Shown piece by piece: positions 63,933-64,000 of a DNA stretch of 64,000 nucleotides. The notes under the pieces were generated by a model that saw only the letters and a program-made list of their open reading frames with translations, had not been told where the DNA came from and searched no databases. The stretch spans positions 173,228,001 through 173,292,000 of the forward strand of contig OZ024741.1 in NCBI GenBank assembly GCA_964016885.1, written 5' to 3'. The number at the start of each line of letters is the position of its first letter. Position 1 is the first letter of the stretch. The position numbers were made by a program, and so were the translations under genes. This stretch comes from Eledone cirrhosa (lineage: Eukaryota).

Positions 63933-64000
<68 letters not shown>

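Overview
AT-rich, repeat-dense animal genomic DNA; the repeat content suggests an octopus/coleoid cephalopod (inference). Two head-to-head intron-containing host genes are present: (1) an HMG20A/B (BRAF35/iBRAF) gene on the minus strand, with 7 frame-consistent coding exons between 14169 and 5732 and a probable non-coding first exon near 27.3 kb; (2) the first three coding exons of a probable CFAP58 ciliary gene on the plus strand (36709, 45787, 48536), preceded by RFX X-box and forkhead sites. The rest is mobile DNA: several RTE LINE families (one with a PHD finger inside the RT), CR1, CRE, a near full-length Tx1 element inside a (TATC)n tract, a Penelope-like (GIY-YIG) element, mariners, hAT and piggyBac-type MITEs, tRNA-derived SINEs and many microsatellites. 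The most unusual signal is a set of non-coding fold-back (palindromic) elements, each embedded in (TA)n tracts and carrying type I hammerhead ribozyme motifs (complete, minimal, half or degenerate) at about 37.0, 60.0-60.7, 61.2-61.8 and 63.0-63.6 kb. These look like a Penelope-mobilised retrozyme/pLTR system. All calls were made by eye, with no database searches or folding computations.
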